This document shows, in pieces, positions 11,931 to 25,200 of a stretch of 64,000 nt of DNA (position 1 is its first letter; every line of letters starts with the position of its first letter). The stretch is from Lama guanicoe. Taxonomy: Eukaryota. The stretch lies in NCBI GenBank assembly GCA_013239625.1, contig MU054049.1, forward strand, positions 2,111,892 to 2,175,891. The letters run 5' to 3'. The position numbers were made by a program, and so were the translations under genes. The notes under the pieces were generated by a model. It made no database searches, was not told the origin of the DNA, and saw nothing but the letters and a program-made list of their open reading frames with translations.

Positions 11931-14900
11931 TTTTAAATTGAGGTATAGTTAATTTATAGTGTTAGTTTCAGGTGTACAGCAAAGTGATTGCTGTATATAA
12001 ATTCACATATATATTATTTTTCAGATTTTTTCCATTCTAGGTTATTACAAGATATTGAATATACTTCCCTGTGCTATACAGTAGGTCCTTGTTACTTATC
12101 TATTTAATATATAGTAGTATGTATATGTTAATCCCAAACTCCTAATTTATTCCTTCCTCGTGCCATACCACCCCCACCACCCCCACTTTCCCCCTTGGTA
12201 GCCATAAGTTTGTTTTCTGTGTCTGTGAGTCAATTTTGGTTTTGTAAATAAGTTTGTTTGTATCATTTTTCCAGATTCTGCATATAAATTTTATCAAATG
12301 ATATTTGTCTTTGTCTGACTTTACTTAATGTGATAATCTCTGGGTCCATCCATGTTGCTGCAAATGGTATTATTTCATTCTTTTTTTATGGTTGAGTAGT
12401 ATTCCATTGCGTGTGTACATGTGTGTATATATATTAAATATACCACAACTTCTTTATCCAGTCATCTGTCAGTGGACATTTAGATGGCTTCCATGTCTTG
12501 CCTATTGTAAATAGTGCTGTTTTGCACATTGTGGGGTATCTATCTTTTTGAATTAGAGTTTTCACTGGATATATGCCCAGGAGGGGGATTGCTGGATCAT
12601 ATGTCTGTTTTTAGTTTTTTAAGGAACCTCCATTCTGTCCTCCATAGTGGCTGCACCAAACTACATTCCCACCAACAGTGTAGGAATTTCCTTTTTCTCC
12701 ACACTTTCTTCAGGATTTATTATTTTTAGACTTTTGAGACTTTTCAGCTATTCTGACTGGTGTGAGGTGATACCTCATTGTAGTTTTGATGCGTGTTTCT
12801 CTAATAATTAGCAATATTGAGCATTTTTCGATGTGCCTATTGGTCATCTGTGTGTCTTCTTTGGGGAAATGTCTGTTTAGGTCTTCTGCTGCGTTTTTGT
12901 TGCTATTGTTACTTTTTTTTAAATTGAAGTGTAGGCAGTTTATAGTGTTGTATTAATTTCTGATGTACATAGTGATTCAGTTTTTTTAATTCAATTTTAT
13001 ATATATATATTTTTTTATATTCTGCTCATTTTTTGATTTGGTTGCTTGTTTTTTGATATTAAGCTGTATGAGCTGTCTGTATATTTTGGAAATTAATCTC
13101 TTGTTGGTTGCATCATTTGCAAATATTTTCTTCCATTCTGTAGGTTGTGTTTTCATTTTGTTGATTGTATCCTTAGCTGTGCAAAAGCTTTTAGCTTTAA
13201 TTAGGTCCCATTTGTTTATTTTTGCTTTTATTTCCATTACTCTAGGAGCTCATTCAAAAAAAAAATTGCTGTGCTTTATGTCAGAGTTTTATGCCTAAGT
13301 TTTCCTCAAAAAGTTTTATAGTATCTCGTCTTACATTTAGATCTTTAATGCATTTTGAGTTTATTTTTTATATGGTATTAGAGAATATCCTAATTTCATT
13401 CTTTTACAGGCAGCCGTCCAGTTTTCTCAGCACTTATTGAAGAGACTCATTTCTCCATTGTATATTCTTGCTTCCATTGTCGTAGATTAATTGACTGTAA
13501 GTGCGTGGGTTTATTTCTGAACTTTCTATCCTGTTCTGTTGATCTATGTGTCTGTTTTTGTGCCAGTACCATATAGTTTTGATTATGGTAGCTTTGTAGT
13601 GTTGTCTGAAGAAGGGATAGTTATTCCTCCAGCTCTGTTTTTCTTTCTTAAGATTGTTTTGGCTATTTGGGGTCTTTTGTGTTTCCTTAGAAATTTTAAC
13701 CTTTTTTTGTTCCAGGTCTGTGAAAAATGTCATTGGTAATTTGATAGGGATTGCATTCAATCTGTATATTGCTTTGGTAACATGGCCATTTTAACAATAT
13801 TGATTTTTCCAGTCCAAGAACGTGGTATATTCTTCCCTCTGTTTCTGTCATCTTCAGTTTCTTTCATCAGTGTTTTACAGTTTTTGGAGTACAGGTCCTT
13901 TGCCTCCGTAGGTAGGTTTATTCCTAGGTATTTCATACTTTTTGATGTTATAGTAAATGGGATTGTTTCCTTAATTTCTTTTTCTGCTGTTTCATTGTTA
14001 GTGTGTAGACATGCAACAGATTTATGTATATGAATTTTGTATCTTGCAACTTTACCAAGTTCATTGATGAGCTCTAGTAGTTTTCTGGTTGCTTCTTTAG
14101 GATTTTCTATGTATAGTATCATGTCATCCTTAAACAGTGACAATTTTACTTCTTTTCCAATTTGGATTCCCCATATTTCTTTTTCTTCTCTGATTGCTGT
14201 GGCTAGGACTTCCAAAATTATGTTGAATGAAATTGCAGGAGTGGGCTTCCTTGTCTTGTTCTTGATCTTAGAGGAAATGCATTCAGCTTTTCTCCATTAA
14301 GTATGATGTTAGCTGTGGGTTTGTCATATATGGCTTTTATTATGTTGAGGTATGTTCGATCTGTGCCCACTTTCTGGAGAGTTTTTATCATAAATGGATA
14401 TTGAATTTTATCAAAAGCTTTTTCTGCATTTATTGAGATGATCATATGGTTTTTATTCTTCAGTTTGTTAATGTGATATATCACATTGACTTATTTGCAG
14501 ATATTGAAAAACGCTTGCATCCCTGGGATAAATCCCACTTGATCATGGTGTATGATCATTTTAATGCATTGTTGGAGTCAATTTGCTAGTATTTTGTTGA
14601 GAATTTTTACATCTATATTTATAAGTGATATTGGCCTGTAATTTTTTGTGTGTGTGATATCTGTCCGGTTTTGGTATCAAGGTGATGGTGGCTTCATAGT
14701 ACGATATTGGAAATGTTACTTCCTCTGCAATTTTTTGGAATAATTTCAGAAGGATAGGTTTACATTTTCTTTTAAAATTTCTTTTCTAAATGTTTGATAG
14801 AATTTGTCTGTGAAGCCATCTGGTCCTGGACTTTTATTTTTGGGGCGTTTTTAAGTACTGATTTGATTTAAGTACTGGTAATAGGTCTATTCATATTTTC

Positions 14901-15570
14901 TATATCTTCTTGGTTCAGTTTTGGCAAATTGTACCTTTCTAAAAAATTGTCCATTTCTTCTAGGTTGTCCTTTTTGTTGGTATAGTAGCTCATAGCCACT
15001 TATGATCCCTTGTAGTTCTGTGGTATCGATAGTAACTTCTCCTTTTTCATTTCTGATTTTATTAATTTGGGGCCTCTCCCTTTTTTTCCTTGATGAGTCT
15101 GACTAAAGGTTTATCAATTTTGTTTATCCTGTCCTTTTCTTTTCTTTCTTTTTTTTTATTAAGGAAGTTAAACTCCTTTCTGGGGGGGGGGTAATTAGGT
15201 TTATTTATTTACTAATGGAGGTACTGGGGATTGAACCCAGGACTTCATGCTTGCTAAGCAATCACTCTACTGCTGAGCTATACCCTCCCTCTCAATTTTG
15301 TTTATCTTTTCAAAGAACTAGCTTTTGGTTTCATTGATCTTTTCTATTGTTTTTTAGTCTCTATTCCATTTACTTATGCTCTAATCTTTATGATTTCTTT
15401 TACTAACTTTGGGTTTTGTTTCTTCTTCTTTCTCTAGTTGCTTTAGATGTAACATTAGGTTGTTTATTTGATATTTTTCGTTTCTTCAGGTAAGCTTTTA
15501 TCACTATAAACTCCCCTCTTAGAACGGTTTTTGCTGCGTCACAGAGGTTTTGAATTATTGTGTTTTCATT
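11931..15570 (-). mobile_element. 5'-truncated LINE-1 of intermediate age, frameshifted ORF2
   Basis: ORF2 peptides in several frames (12986-14484), 3' UTR and T tract at ~11931. Confidence 0.9.
15129..15291 (-). mobile_element. tRNA-Ala-derived SINE (camelid vic-1-like) inserted in L1
   Basis: Reverse strand gggagggtatagctcagcagtagagtgattgcttagcaagcatgaagtcctgggttcaatccccagtacctcca, then aaacctaattacccccc and A-rich tail; 15-bp TSD tcaattttgtttatc (15114-15128, 15292-15306). Confidence 0.85.
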
Positions 15571-15574
15571 CTAT

Positions 15575-17760
15575 TTTTAATTTTTTAATTGAATATTGTC
15601 AGTTACAATGTGTCAACTTCTGGTGTACAGCATAATGTCCCAGTCATGCATATATATACACATATATTTGTTTACATATTCTTTTTCATTAAAGGTTATT
15701 ACAAGATATTGAATGTAGTTCCCTGTGCTATACAGAAGAAATTTGGGCTTTTTAAATGTACTGTTCTGTGTAGTGGCTAGCATTTGCAAATCTCAAACTC
15801 CCAAATTTATCCCTTCCCCTCCCTTTTCCCCTGGTAACCATAAGATTGTTTACTATGTCTGCAGGTATGTTTCTGTTTTTTAGATTAGTTCATTAGTGTC
15901 CTCTTTTTTTTTTTTTTTAGATTCCACATATGAATGATATCATATGGCATTTTTCTTTCTCTTTGTGGCTTACTTCACTTAGAATGACAATCTCTAGGTA
16001 CATCCATGTTGCTGCAATGGCATTTTTATTAAAAAATTATTTTATTGAGTTATAGTCACTTTACAATGTTGTGTCAAATTCCAGTGTAAAGCACAATTTT
16101 TCAGTTATACATGAACATACATACATTCATTGTCACATTCTCTTTCGCTTGTGAGCCACCACAAGATCCTGTATAAATTTCCCTGTGCTACACAGTACAA
16201 TCTTGTCTATCTGTTCTACATTTTGAAATCCCAGTCTGTCCATTCCCACCTCCCATCCCCCTGGCAACCACAAGTTTGTATTCTATGTCTATGAGTCTGT
16301 TTCTGTTTTTTATGTATTTATGTATGTATTTATTTATTTATTTTAGATTCAGCATGTGAGCGATCTCATATGGTATTTTTCTTTCTCTTTCTGGCTTACT
16401 TCACTTAGAATGACATTCTCCAGGAGCATCCATGTTGCTGCAAATGGCGTTATGTTGTTGGTTTTTATGGCTGAATAGTATTCCATTGTATAAATATACC
16501 ACATCTTCTTTATCCAGTCATCTGTTTTTTTAAAAACATTTTTTATTGATTTATAATCATTTTACAATGTTGTGTCAAATTTCAGTGTAGAGCACAATTT
16601 TTCAATTATACATGAACATATATATATTCATTGTCACATTCTTTTCTCTGTGAGCTACCATAAGATCTTGTATATATCTCCCTGTGCTATACAGTATAAT
16701 CTTATTTATCTGTTCTACAATTTTGAAATCCCAGTCTATCTCTTCCTACCCCCCACCCCCTAGGCAACCACAAGTCTGTATTCTATGTCTATGAGTCTAT
16801 TTCTGTTCTGTATTTATGCTTTGTTTGTTTGGTTTTTTTGGTTTTTTTTGTTTTGTTTTAGATTCCACATATGAGCGATCTCATATGGTATTTTTCTTTC
16901 TCTTTCTGGCTTACTTCACTTAGAATGACATTCTCCAGGAGCATCCATGTTGCTGCAAGTGGCGTTATGTTGTTGGTTTTTATGGCTAAGTAGTATTCCA
17001 TTGTATAAATATACCACATCTTCTTTATCCAGTCACCTGTTGATGGACATTTAGGCTGTTTACATGTCTTGGCTATTGTAAATAGTGCTGCTATGAACAT
17101 TGGGGTGCAGGTGTCATTTTGAAGTAGGATTCCTTCTGGATGTATGCCCAGGAGCGGGATTCCTGGGTCATATGGTAAGTCTATTCCTAGTCTTTTGAGG
17201 AATCTCCATACTGTTTTCCACAGTGGTTGCACCAAACTGCATTCCCACCAGCATTGTAGGAGGGTTCCCTTTTCTCCACAGCCTCCCCAGCATTTGTCAC
17301 TTGTGGATTTTTGAATGACGGCCATTCTGACTGGTGTGAGGTGATACCTCGTTGTAGTTTTGATTTGCATTTCTCTGATAATTAGTGATATTGAGCATTT
17401 TTTCATGTGTCTATTGATCATTTGTATGTCTTCCTTGGAGAATTGCTTGTTTAAAGGTCTTCTGCCCATTTTTGGATTGGGTTGTTTGTTTTTTTTCTTA
17501 TTAAGTCATATGAGCTGCTTATATATTCTGGAGATCAAGCCTTTGTCTGTTTTTTTTTATCACTGAGTAGTACTCCATTGTATAAATATACCGTAGCTTC
17601 TTTATCCAGTCATCTGTCAGTGGTCATTTAGGTTGCTTCCATGTCTTGGCTATTGTGTATAGTGCTGCTGTGAACATTGAGGTACATGTATCTTTTTGAA
17701 TTAGAGTTCCCTCTGGATATATGCCCCAGGTTTGCTGGATCATATAGTAATTCTATTCTT
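15575..17760 (-). mobile_element. Three nested LINE-1 3' ends (A 15575-16022 resuming ~17557; B ~16026-16524; C ~16532-17545)
   Basis: Three successive L1 3' UTRs; C encodes ORF2 C-terminus (ORF 16858..17469); tctgttttttt on both sides of C. Confidence 0.8.
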
Positions 17761-19443
17761 AATGTTTTGAGACGCCTTCATGCTGTTTTCCACTGTGGCT
17801 GCACAGTTTTATATTCCCACTAGTAAGGCACAGTGTTCCAGCTTCTCCATATCCTTACCAACACTTGTTATTTTCTTAGGTTGATAGTGGACATCCTTAT
17901 GGGTATGATATCTTATTGTGGTTTTGATGTGCAGTTCTCTGATGATTAGTGATGTTGACTGTCTTTTCATGTACCTGTTGGCCGTCCGTATTTCTTCTTT
18001 GGGGGAAATGTCTCTTCAAGTCTCTTTGCTCATTTTAAAATCACATTGTTTTCTTGTTGAGTCCACTCTTAATTCTTTTGCCTTATACGTTGTTTGATTT
18101 TTTTTTATGCAACTGTTGGAGATTTTATCTTTGTCATTGAAATCAAATAGTTTTATTCTTAGGATATGTCTTGGGCACAATAGTTCTGGGTTAATTTTCC
18201 CAGATACCTAGTGGGTCCTTTTAATGTGTAGATTCAGGTTTTCTATTTATGGAAATATTCCAGGATTATAGTTCTAAATATTAGTTCTGTTCCACTATTT
18301 TGTTTTTCTTTTTTAGGGGCTTTGATAATATGAATATTATTCCTTCTTGGCCTGTCTTCCATTCCTACTACTTTCTCTCTGACCCTTTTTCCTTCCTTAT
18401 GTCATTTTCATACTCTTTGCTGTTTTCCTACATTGTTCTTTACTAAGTGTTTATCTGAGTATATTATCTTTTGGTGTCTTGTAGTTTATTCTTTATTTTT
18501 GGGGTAATTTTGTCTTTTTCCTCTATTTCTTTTCTGAGTTCAGTCAGGAATCTTTTTCATTCCCCTTCCTGCTTGGACATTTTCTACTCTTAATTTTTGA
18601 ATTTTTGATTCAGAGTGTTTTTTTGGATCTTCAAATGCTTGAGTATGTTTAACTCTGCTTGAGGAGTGACCTTTCAGTTTTCTTTTGCTTCATGGTTATT
18701 TTTCTGGGTGAAATTTACCTTGGTTGATAGATGTGGAATTTTGTTTTTTATATTTTACTATTAACTCTGTATGGATTTGTTAATTTTTTTCTCGTTGATT
18801 TTTTGTGATATTTGTAATTTTTATAGATACTACTTAATGGTACTCTGTCAGTATAACAATGTCCAGATATTTTAATAGATGTTTTATGTCTGTTTTGTCA
18901 TGATGGTGGGGAGTGGGAGCAGTTGTGAGTCCTCCAGTTTTGTGGTTCTCTTTTGTCTTGAAGGACTGTAAGTTTTTACCCTTTTCTCCCTTTCCCCCTG
19001 ACCATTGAATTACTAAGGTATGCTCTTCCTTTGTTGCTGTGAGCCTCCTGCAGAAGCTCCTTCAAGCTGCTTGGCTTTAAAGTCCTTTCCTTGTAGGTAG
19101 TATTCCAATCTGAGTCCTTTTGGTAGGCTTTTCAGACTTAGAATTGCCTTCTTTCTTACTGTGGTTTTGTACTGAACTTGTATACTGTCACTAGCTTCCC
19201 TCTCTAACTCCTCCAGATTTTGTTTATCAGCCCTGCAGGAGCAGGATCATGAGACTTCCCACACTGGCATAGAGTGATTGCCCCTTTTTATTCCTAATCA
19301 TTTTGAAGTTTGGACATTTTCTGTCTTTAAGTTTTAAGGGCTGAAGCTATAGTTTCTGTGTGGATTCATTTCCCTCCTTATTGTTCTCTATTGTTTGGGG
19401 AGGAAACACTGGGAGATGGGAGCCATGGTTCAACATTGTCTTT

Positions 19444-22400
19444 CTTTCTTTTTTTTTAAAATTTTTTATTGATTTATAATCATTTTACAATGTTGTGTCA
19501 AATTCCAGTGTTTAGCACAATTTTTCATTCATTCATGGACATATACACACTCATTGTCACATTTTTTTCTCTGTGATTTATCATAACATTTTGTGTATAT
19601 TTCCCTGTGCTATACAGTGTAATCTTGTTTATCTATTCTACAATTTTGAAATCCCAGTCTATCCCTTCCCACCCTCTACCCCCCTGGTAACCACAAGTCT
19701 GTATTCTCTTGAGTCCATGAGTCTATTTCTGTCCTGTATTTATGCTTTCTTTTTGTTATATTTGTTTGTTTTTGTTTTTGTTTTTTAGATTCCACATATG
19801 AGCGATCTCATATGGTATTTTTCTTTCTCTTTCTGGCTTACTTCACTTAGAATGACATTCTCTAGGAGCATCCATGTTGCTGCAAATGGCATTATGTTGT
19901 CGGTTTTTATGGCTGAGTAGTATTCCATTGTATAAATATACCACATCTTCTTTATCCAGTCACCTGTTGATGGACATTTAGGCTGTTTCCATGTTTTGGC
20001 TATTGTAAATAGTGCTGCTATGAACATTGGGGTGCAGGTGTCATCCTGAAGTAGATTTCCTTCTGGATACAAGCCCAGGAGTGGGATTCCTGGGTCATAT
20101 GGTAAGTCTATTCCTAGTCTTTTGAGGAATCTCCACACTGTTTTCCATAGTGGCTGCACCAAACTGCATTCCCACCAGCAGTGTAGGAGGGTTCCCCTTT
20201 CTCCACAGCCTCTCCAGCATTTGTCATTTTTGGATTTTTGAATGACGGCCATTCTGACTGGTGTGAGGTGATACCTCATTGTAGTTTTGATTTGCATTTC
20301 TCTGATAATTAGTGATATTGAACATTTTTTCATGTGCTTTTTGATCATTTGTATGTCTTCCTTGGAGAATTGCTTGTTTAGGTCTTCTGCCCATTTTTGG
20401 ATTGGATTGGGTATTTTTTTCTTATTGAGTCATATGAGCTGCTTATATATTCTGGAGATCAAGCCTTTGTCGGTTTCACTTGCAAAAATTTTCTCCCATT
20501 CCGTAGGTTTTCTTCTTGTTTTGTTTTATGTTTCCTTTGCTCTGCAGAAGCTTGTAAGTTTCATTAGGTCCCATTTGTTTATTCTTGCTTTTATTTCTTC
20601 TAGGAGAAAATTTTTGAAATGTATGTCAGATAATGTTTTGCCTATGTTTTCCTCTAGGAGGTTTATTGTATCTTGTCTTATGTTTAAGTCTTTAATCCAT
20701 TTTGAGTTGATTTTTGTATATGGTGTAAGGGTGTGTTCTAGCTTCATTGTTTTACATGCTGCTGTCCAGTTTTCCCAACACCATTTGCTGAAGAGACTGT
20801 CTTTATTCCATTGTATATTCTTGCCTCCTTTGTCGAAGATGAGTTGACCAAAAGTTTGTGGGTTCATTTCTGGGCTCTCTATTCTGTTCCATTGGTCTAT
20901 ATGTCTGTTTTGGTACCAATACCATGCTGTCTTGATGACTGTAGCTCTATAGTATTGTCTGAAGTCTGGGAGAGTTATTCCTCCAGCCTCTTTCTTTCTC
21001 TTCAGTAATGCTTTGGCAATTCTAGGTCTTTGATGGTTCCATATAAATTTTATTATGATTTGTTCTAGTTCTGTGAAATATGTCCTGGGTAATTGGATAG
21101 GGATTGCATTAAATCTGTAGATTGCCTTGGGCAGTGTGACCATTTTAACAATATTGATTCTTCCAATCCAAGAGCATGGAATATCTTTCCATTTTTTAAA
21201 GTCTTCTTTAATTTCCTTCATCAATGGTTTATAGTTTTCTGTGTATAATTCTTTCACCTCCTTGGTTAGATTTATTCCCAGATATTTTATTACTTTGGGT
21301 GCTATTTTAAAGGGGATTGTTTCTTTACTTTCTTTTTCTGTTGATTTATCGTTAGTGTAAAGAAAGGCAACTGATTTTTGAACATTAATTTTGTAACCTG
21401 CTACCTTGCTGAATTCTTCGATCAGCTCTAGTAGCTTTTTTGTGGACCTTTTAGGGTTTTCTATATATAGTAACATGTCGTCAGCATATAATGACACTTT
21501 TACCTCTTCTTTTCCAATTTGGATCCCTTTTATTTCTTTCTCTTGCCTGATTGCTGTGGCTAGGACTTCCAGGACTATATTGAATAGGAGTGGTGATAGT
21601 GGGCATCCTTGTCTTGTCCCAGATTTTAGTGGGAAGCTTTTGAGTTTTTCACCGTTGAGAACTATGCTGGCTATAGGTTTGTCATATATAGCTTTTATTA
21701 TGTTGAGATATGTTCCCTCTATACCCACTTTGGCGAGAGTTTTTATCATAAATGGGTGTTGAATTTTATCAAATGCTTTTTCTGCATCGATTGAGATGAT
21801 CATGTGGTTTTTGTCCTTTCTCTTGTTGATGTGATGTATTACATTGATTGATTTGCGTATGTTGAACCAGCCTTGTGTCCCTGGGATGAACCCCACTTGG
21901 TCATGATGTATAATCTTTTTTATGTGTTGTTGGATTCTATTTGCTAAAATTTTGGTGAGGATTTTGGCGTCTATGTTCATCAGTGATATTGGCCTATAAT
22001 TCTCTTTTTTTGTAGTGTCTTTGCCTGGTTTTGGTATCAGGGTGATGGTGGCTTCATAGAATGAGTTTGGGAGTATTCCCTCCTTTTCAATCGTCTGGAA
22101 GAGTTTGAGAAGGACTGGTATGAGTTCTTCTTTGTATGTTTGGTAGAATTCCCCGGTGAAGCCGTCCGGTCCTGGACTTTTATTTGTAGGGAGGTTTTTA
22201 ATTGCTATTTCTATTTCCTTTCTAGTGATCGGATTGTTCAAGTGTTCAGTTTCTTCTTGATTCAGTTTTGGTGGACAGTATGTTTCCAGAAACTTGTCCA
22301 TCTCCTCTAGGTTATCCAGTTTGGTTCCATATAGTTTTTCATAATATTCTCGTATGATATTCTGTATTTCTATTTTGTTTGTTGTAATTTCTCCATTTTC

Positions 22401-23245
22401 CTTTCTTATTTTGCTAATTTGTGCTCTCTCTTTTTTCTTCTTTGTGAGTTTGGCCAGAGGTTTGTCGATTTTATTTACTTTTTCAAAAAACCAGCTTTTG
22501 GTTTGGTTGATTTTTTCTATGGTCTTGTTAATCTCTATTGTATTTAATTCCTCTCTGATCTTTATTATTTCCTTCCTTCTGCTGCTTTTTGGGGCTTTTT
22601 GTTCTTCTTTTTCTAATTGATTCAGGTGGTGGGTTAACTTGTTTATTTGAGATTGTTCTTCTTTTTTGAGGAAGGCCTGTATCGCTATAAACTTCCCTCT
22701 TAGCACTGCCTTTGCTGTGTCCCATAGGTTTTGAGTGGTTGTGCTTTCATTATCATTTGTCTCAAGGTATTTTTTAATTTCAGCTTTGATTTCCTCATTG
22801 ATCCATTGTTTTTTCAATAACATATTGTTTAATCTCCATGCTTTTCTTTTTTTCTCCTTTGTTTCTCTGTTGTTGATTTCCAGTTTCATGGCATTGTGGT
22901 CAGTAAAGATGCTTGAGATAATTTCTATCTTCTTAAATTTGTTGAGGTTTCTTTTGTGTCCAAGTACATGATCGATCCTGGAAAATGTTCCATGTGCACT
23001 TGAAAAGAATGTATATTCTATTTTTTGGGGGTGTAATGCTCTGAAAATATCCACCAAATCTAGTTTTTCTATTGTAGTATTTAATTTCTCTGTTGCCTTG
23101 TTTATTTTCTGTCTGGAAGATCTGTCTAGTGATGTTAATGCAGTGTTAAAATCTCCAACTATGATTGTATTCCCATCAATATCGCCCTTTATCTCTGTTA
23201 GTAATTCTTGTATGTACTTAGGTGCTCCTATATGGGTGCATATAT
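19444..23245 (-). mobile_element. Young 5'-truncated LINE-1 (3.8 kb)
   Basis: 12-bp TSD aacattgtcttt (19432-19443, 23246-23257), T tract, long open ORF2. Confidence 0.95.
19785..23232 (-). pseudogene. L1 ORF2 (partial endonuclease, reverse transcriptase, Cys-rich C-terminus), single frame with two in-frame stops
   Basis: ORFs 20526..23057 (843 aa) and 19785..20348 share a frame; motifs GDFN, PGPDG, YRPISL, QGCPLSP, YADD, KYLG; stops at 20526-20528 and 20430-20432. Confidence 0.92.
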
Positions 23246-23384
23246 AACATTGTCTTTAATTATCCATAAGTCCTCTTGGTTCTGGTTTATTTTCTAAATG
23301 CAGATATGAACATGTTCTCAAACATTAACTTATCTGTGTGAAAATTCTAAAGAAGACACAATAAACACATTTGAGTCATTGTTT

Positions 23385-23657
23385 GGGTTAGATGAGGTTA
23401 TAAGGGTGGGACCCCCTTGATGGGATTAGTGCCTTTGTAAGAAGAGACACCTAGGAATTCCCCTTTTCTGTGTGCACAGTCATAATCACCTGAGCACACC
23501 AGGAAATGCCGGCCACCTACAAGCCAAGAGAAGAGGCTTCAGAACAAAACTGGCACTTTGATCTTGGACTTCCCAGCCTCCAGAACTGCGAAAAATTTCT
23601 CTTGTTTAAGCCACCCTGTCTGTGGTATTTTGTTACAGCCTCAAGCAGACTAAGACA
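23385..23657 (+). mobile_element. Partial MLT1-type LTR
   Basis: gatgggattagtgcctttgtaagaagagac...ttgatcttggacttcccagcctccagaactg...gcagactaagaca. Confidence 0.75.
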
Positions 23658-25039
23658 CACACATTCTCAAATACACATGCACTCTTGTATCACTTATCAC
23701 ATCTTTGTTTATAATAGAGAAAAATTTGATAGGTGAAAATATATCTTAGCAGAGGACTAGGCAAAAAAGTTATGATAGAAACATATGCTAGAGTACTATC
23801 TAGTCATAACATACAATGTATATTTTCATTTTATTGATGTGAAAAAATGTATACAATATATTAAGTGAAACCAATTGATGAAACAGCTCAAAGTATATTC
23901 CCATTTTGTTAAAAAATAAGTTTTAAAAGGAAATATACCCAAAATATTTGAAATAGGTTTTATAGGATTTTAATTACATGTAGTTTTAATTTTCTTTTGT
24001 ATATTTCTGTGTTGTCTATTTTTCATAAGTCATTATTTTTATAATAAATGTTTTAATTTGTAAGAAGTTTCAGAAACACTGACTGTAGAATCTGTATGTG
24101 TGTACTCTGTCTTTTGGGAAGACATGGTTTGTTTAATAGGAATTATTTTTTTCTGGATACAATTATACGAAGTAAGAGTTGAGGGTAAAGGTAAAGGACC
24201 ACCTTTAAACAGAGTTGCCAGATTTCTGTTTGGAAAATCTGGGAATCCTATCTTAATGGAAAGTTGCTTTGCTTTGTATAGATGAGATTCTAAAAGCTTC
24301 ATGGTACAGGAACCCTAGTCTTTTTAAATGTGCAAGTGAGGACACTCAGGCTCACAGAGGTTGGTGACTTCCTCAAGGTCATCCAGCAACTCAAGTGGCC
24401 ACCAGGACCACAGTTCAGTCTTGGATGTTTCTTGCCACCCTGTCATGCCTGCCAGCCTTCTATTTTTTTTAGCCTGCTAACTGATAGCTAAGTCCATTAA
24501 AAATGCTTACAGGAATTGTGTTTAAGCAGTGATGTTACTTTGTCTTTAATCCAGTTCTAAAGTTTGTTTGTTTTAACAAAATAATACTATACAACATTGG
24601 TTGTATGAAAATATGGTATTACCTACCCAAATTACTTTATGTAGTTATCCTGGTGAAATTCTGCAATTTTGATCGAAAAGATGACCAAGGCACATTAAAA
24701 ATTTTTTTTAAATATTAAAATACTTTTAACGTGAAATAATTTCTAGTTTAAAAGTCTTTCCTTACTGGCATTCTTTTTTAGCTGGAAGCAGAAGAAGTGA
24801 ACTGGTCCCTTTGGGAATTACATGTATATCTACTTCCCCAGCCCCTATGGGCTGTATCCCATGATGATCTTTTGGAATATTCGGTCTACTAACAGTCAGC
24901 ACTACTGAAACATACACGCAGAGAGCTACTTTTGCTTTGTGGGGCCTGATTTTCTAGACGCTAATTAGCATAAATATCGGGTGCAATCTCGAGTTAGCCT
25001 GCTGGGGTTTTACCTCTCTAATCCATATACTCTCTGTGT

Positions 25040-25200
25040 GTCATGTAATCTCTCAGTGCTTCAGTTTCATCATCTGTGAAATAAGCATAATGGTGATGCC
25101 TGCTTCACAAGATTACTGTTGTTGCAGTTAAATTTTGATAATACAGGTCAAGCATTTATAACAGTGCCTGCCTTATAATAATACACACTAACACATACAG
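25040..25200 (+). mobile_element. MIR SINE remnant
   Basis: ctctcagtgcttcagtttcatcatctgtgaaataag core. Confidence 0.6.

Noticed and set aside
15200..15291. tRNA-Ala gene on the minus strand
   Set aside because: Mutated tRNA head followed by SINE body, A-rich tail and TSD
20287..22971. Hydrophobic plus-strand ORFs resembling membrane proteins (also at 13038-14300, 17360, 57893)
   Set aside because: Antisense translations of A-rich L1 ORF2
20526..23057. 843-aa reverse transcriptase ORF as a novel retro-system or host gene
   Set aside because: Ordinary LINE-1 ORF2 inside a TSD-flanked 5'-truncated copy with no ORF1 or promoter
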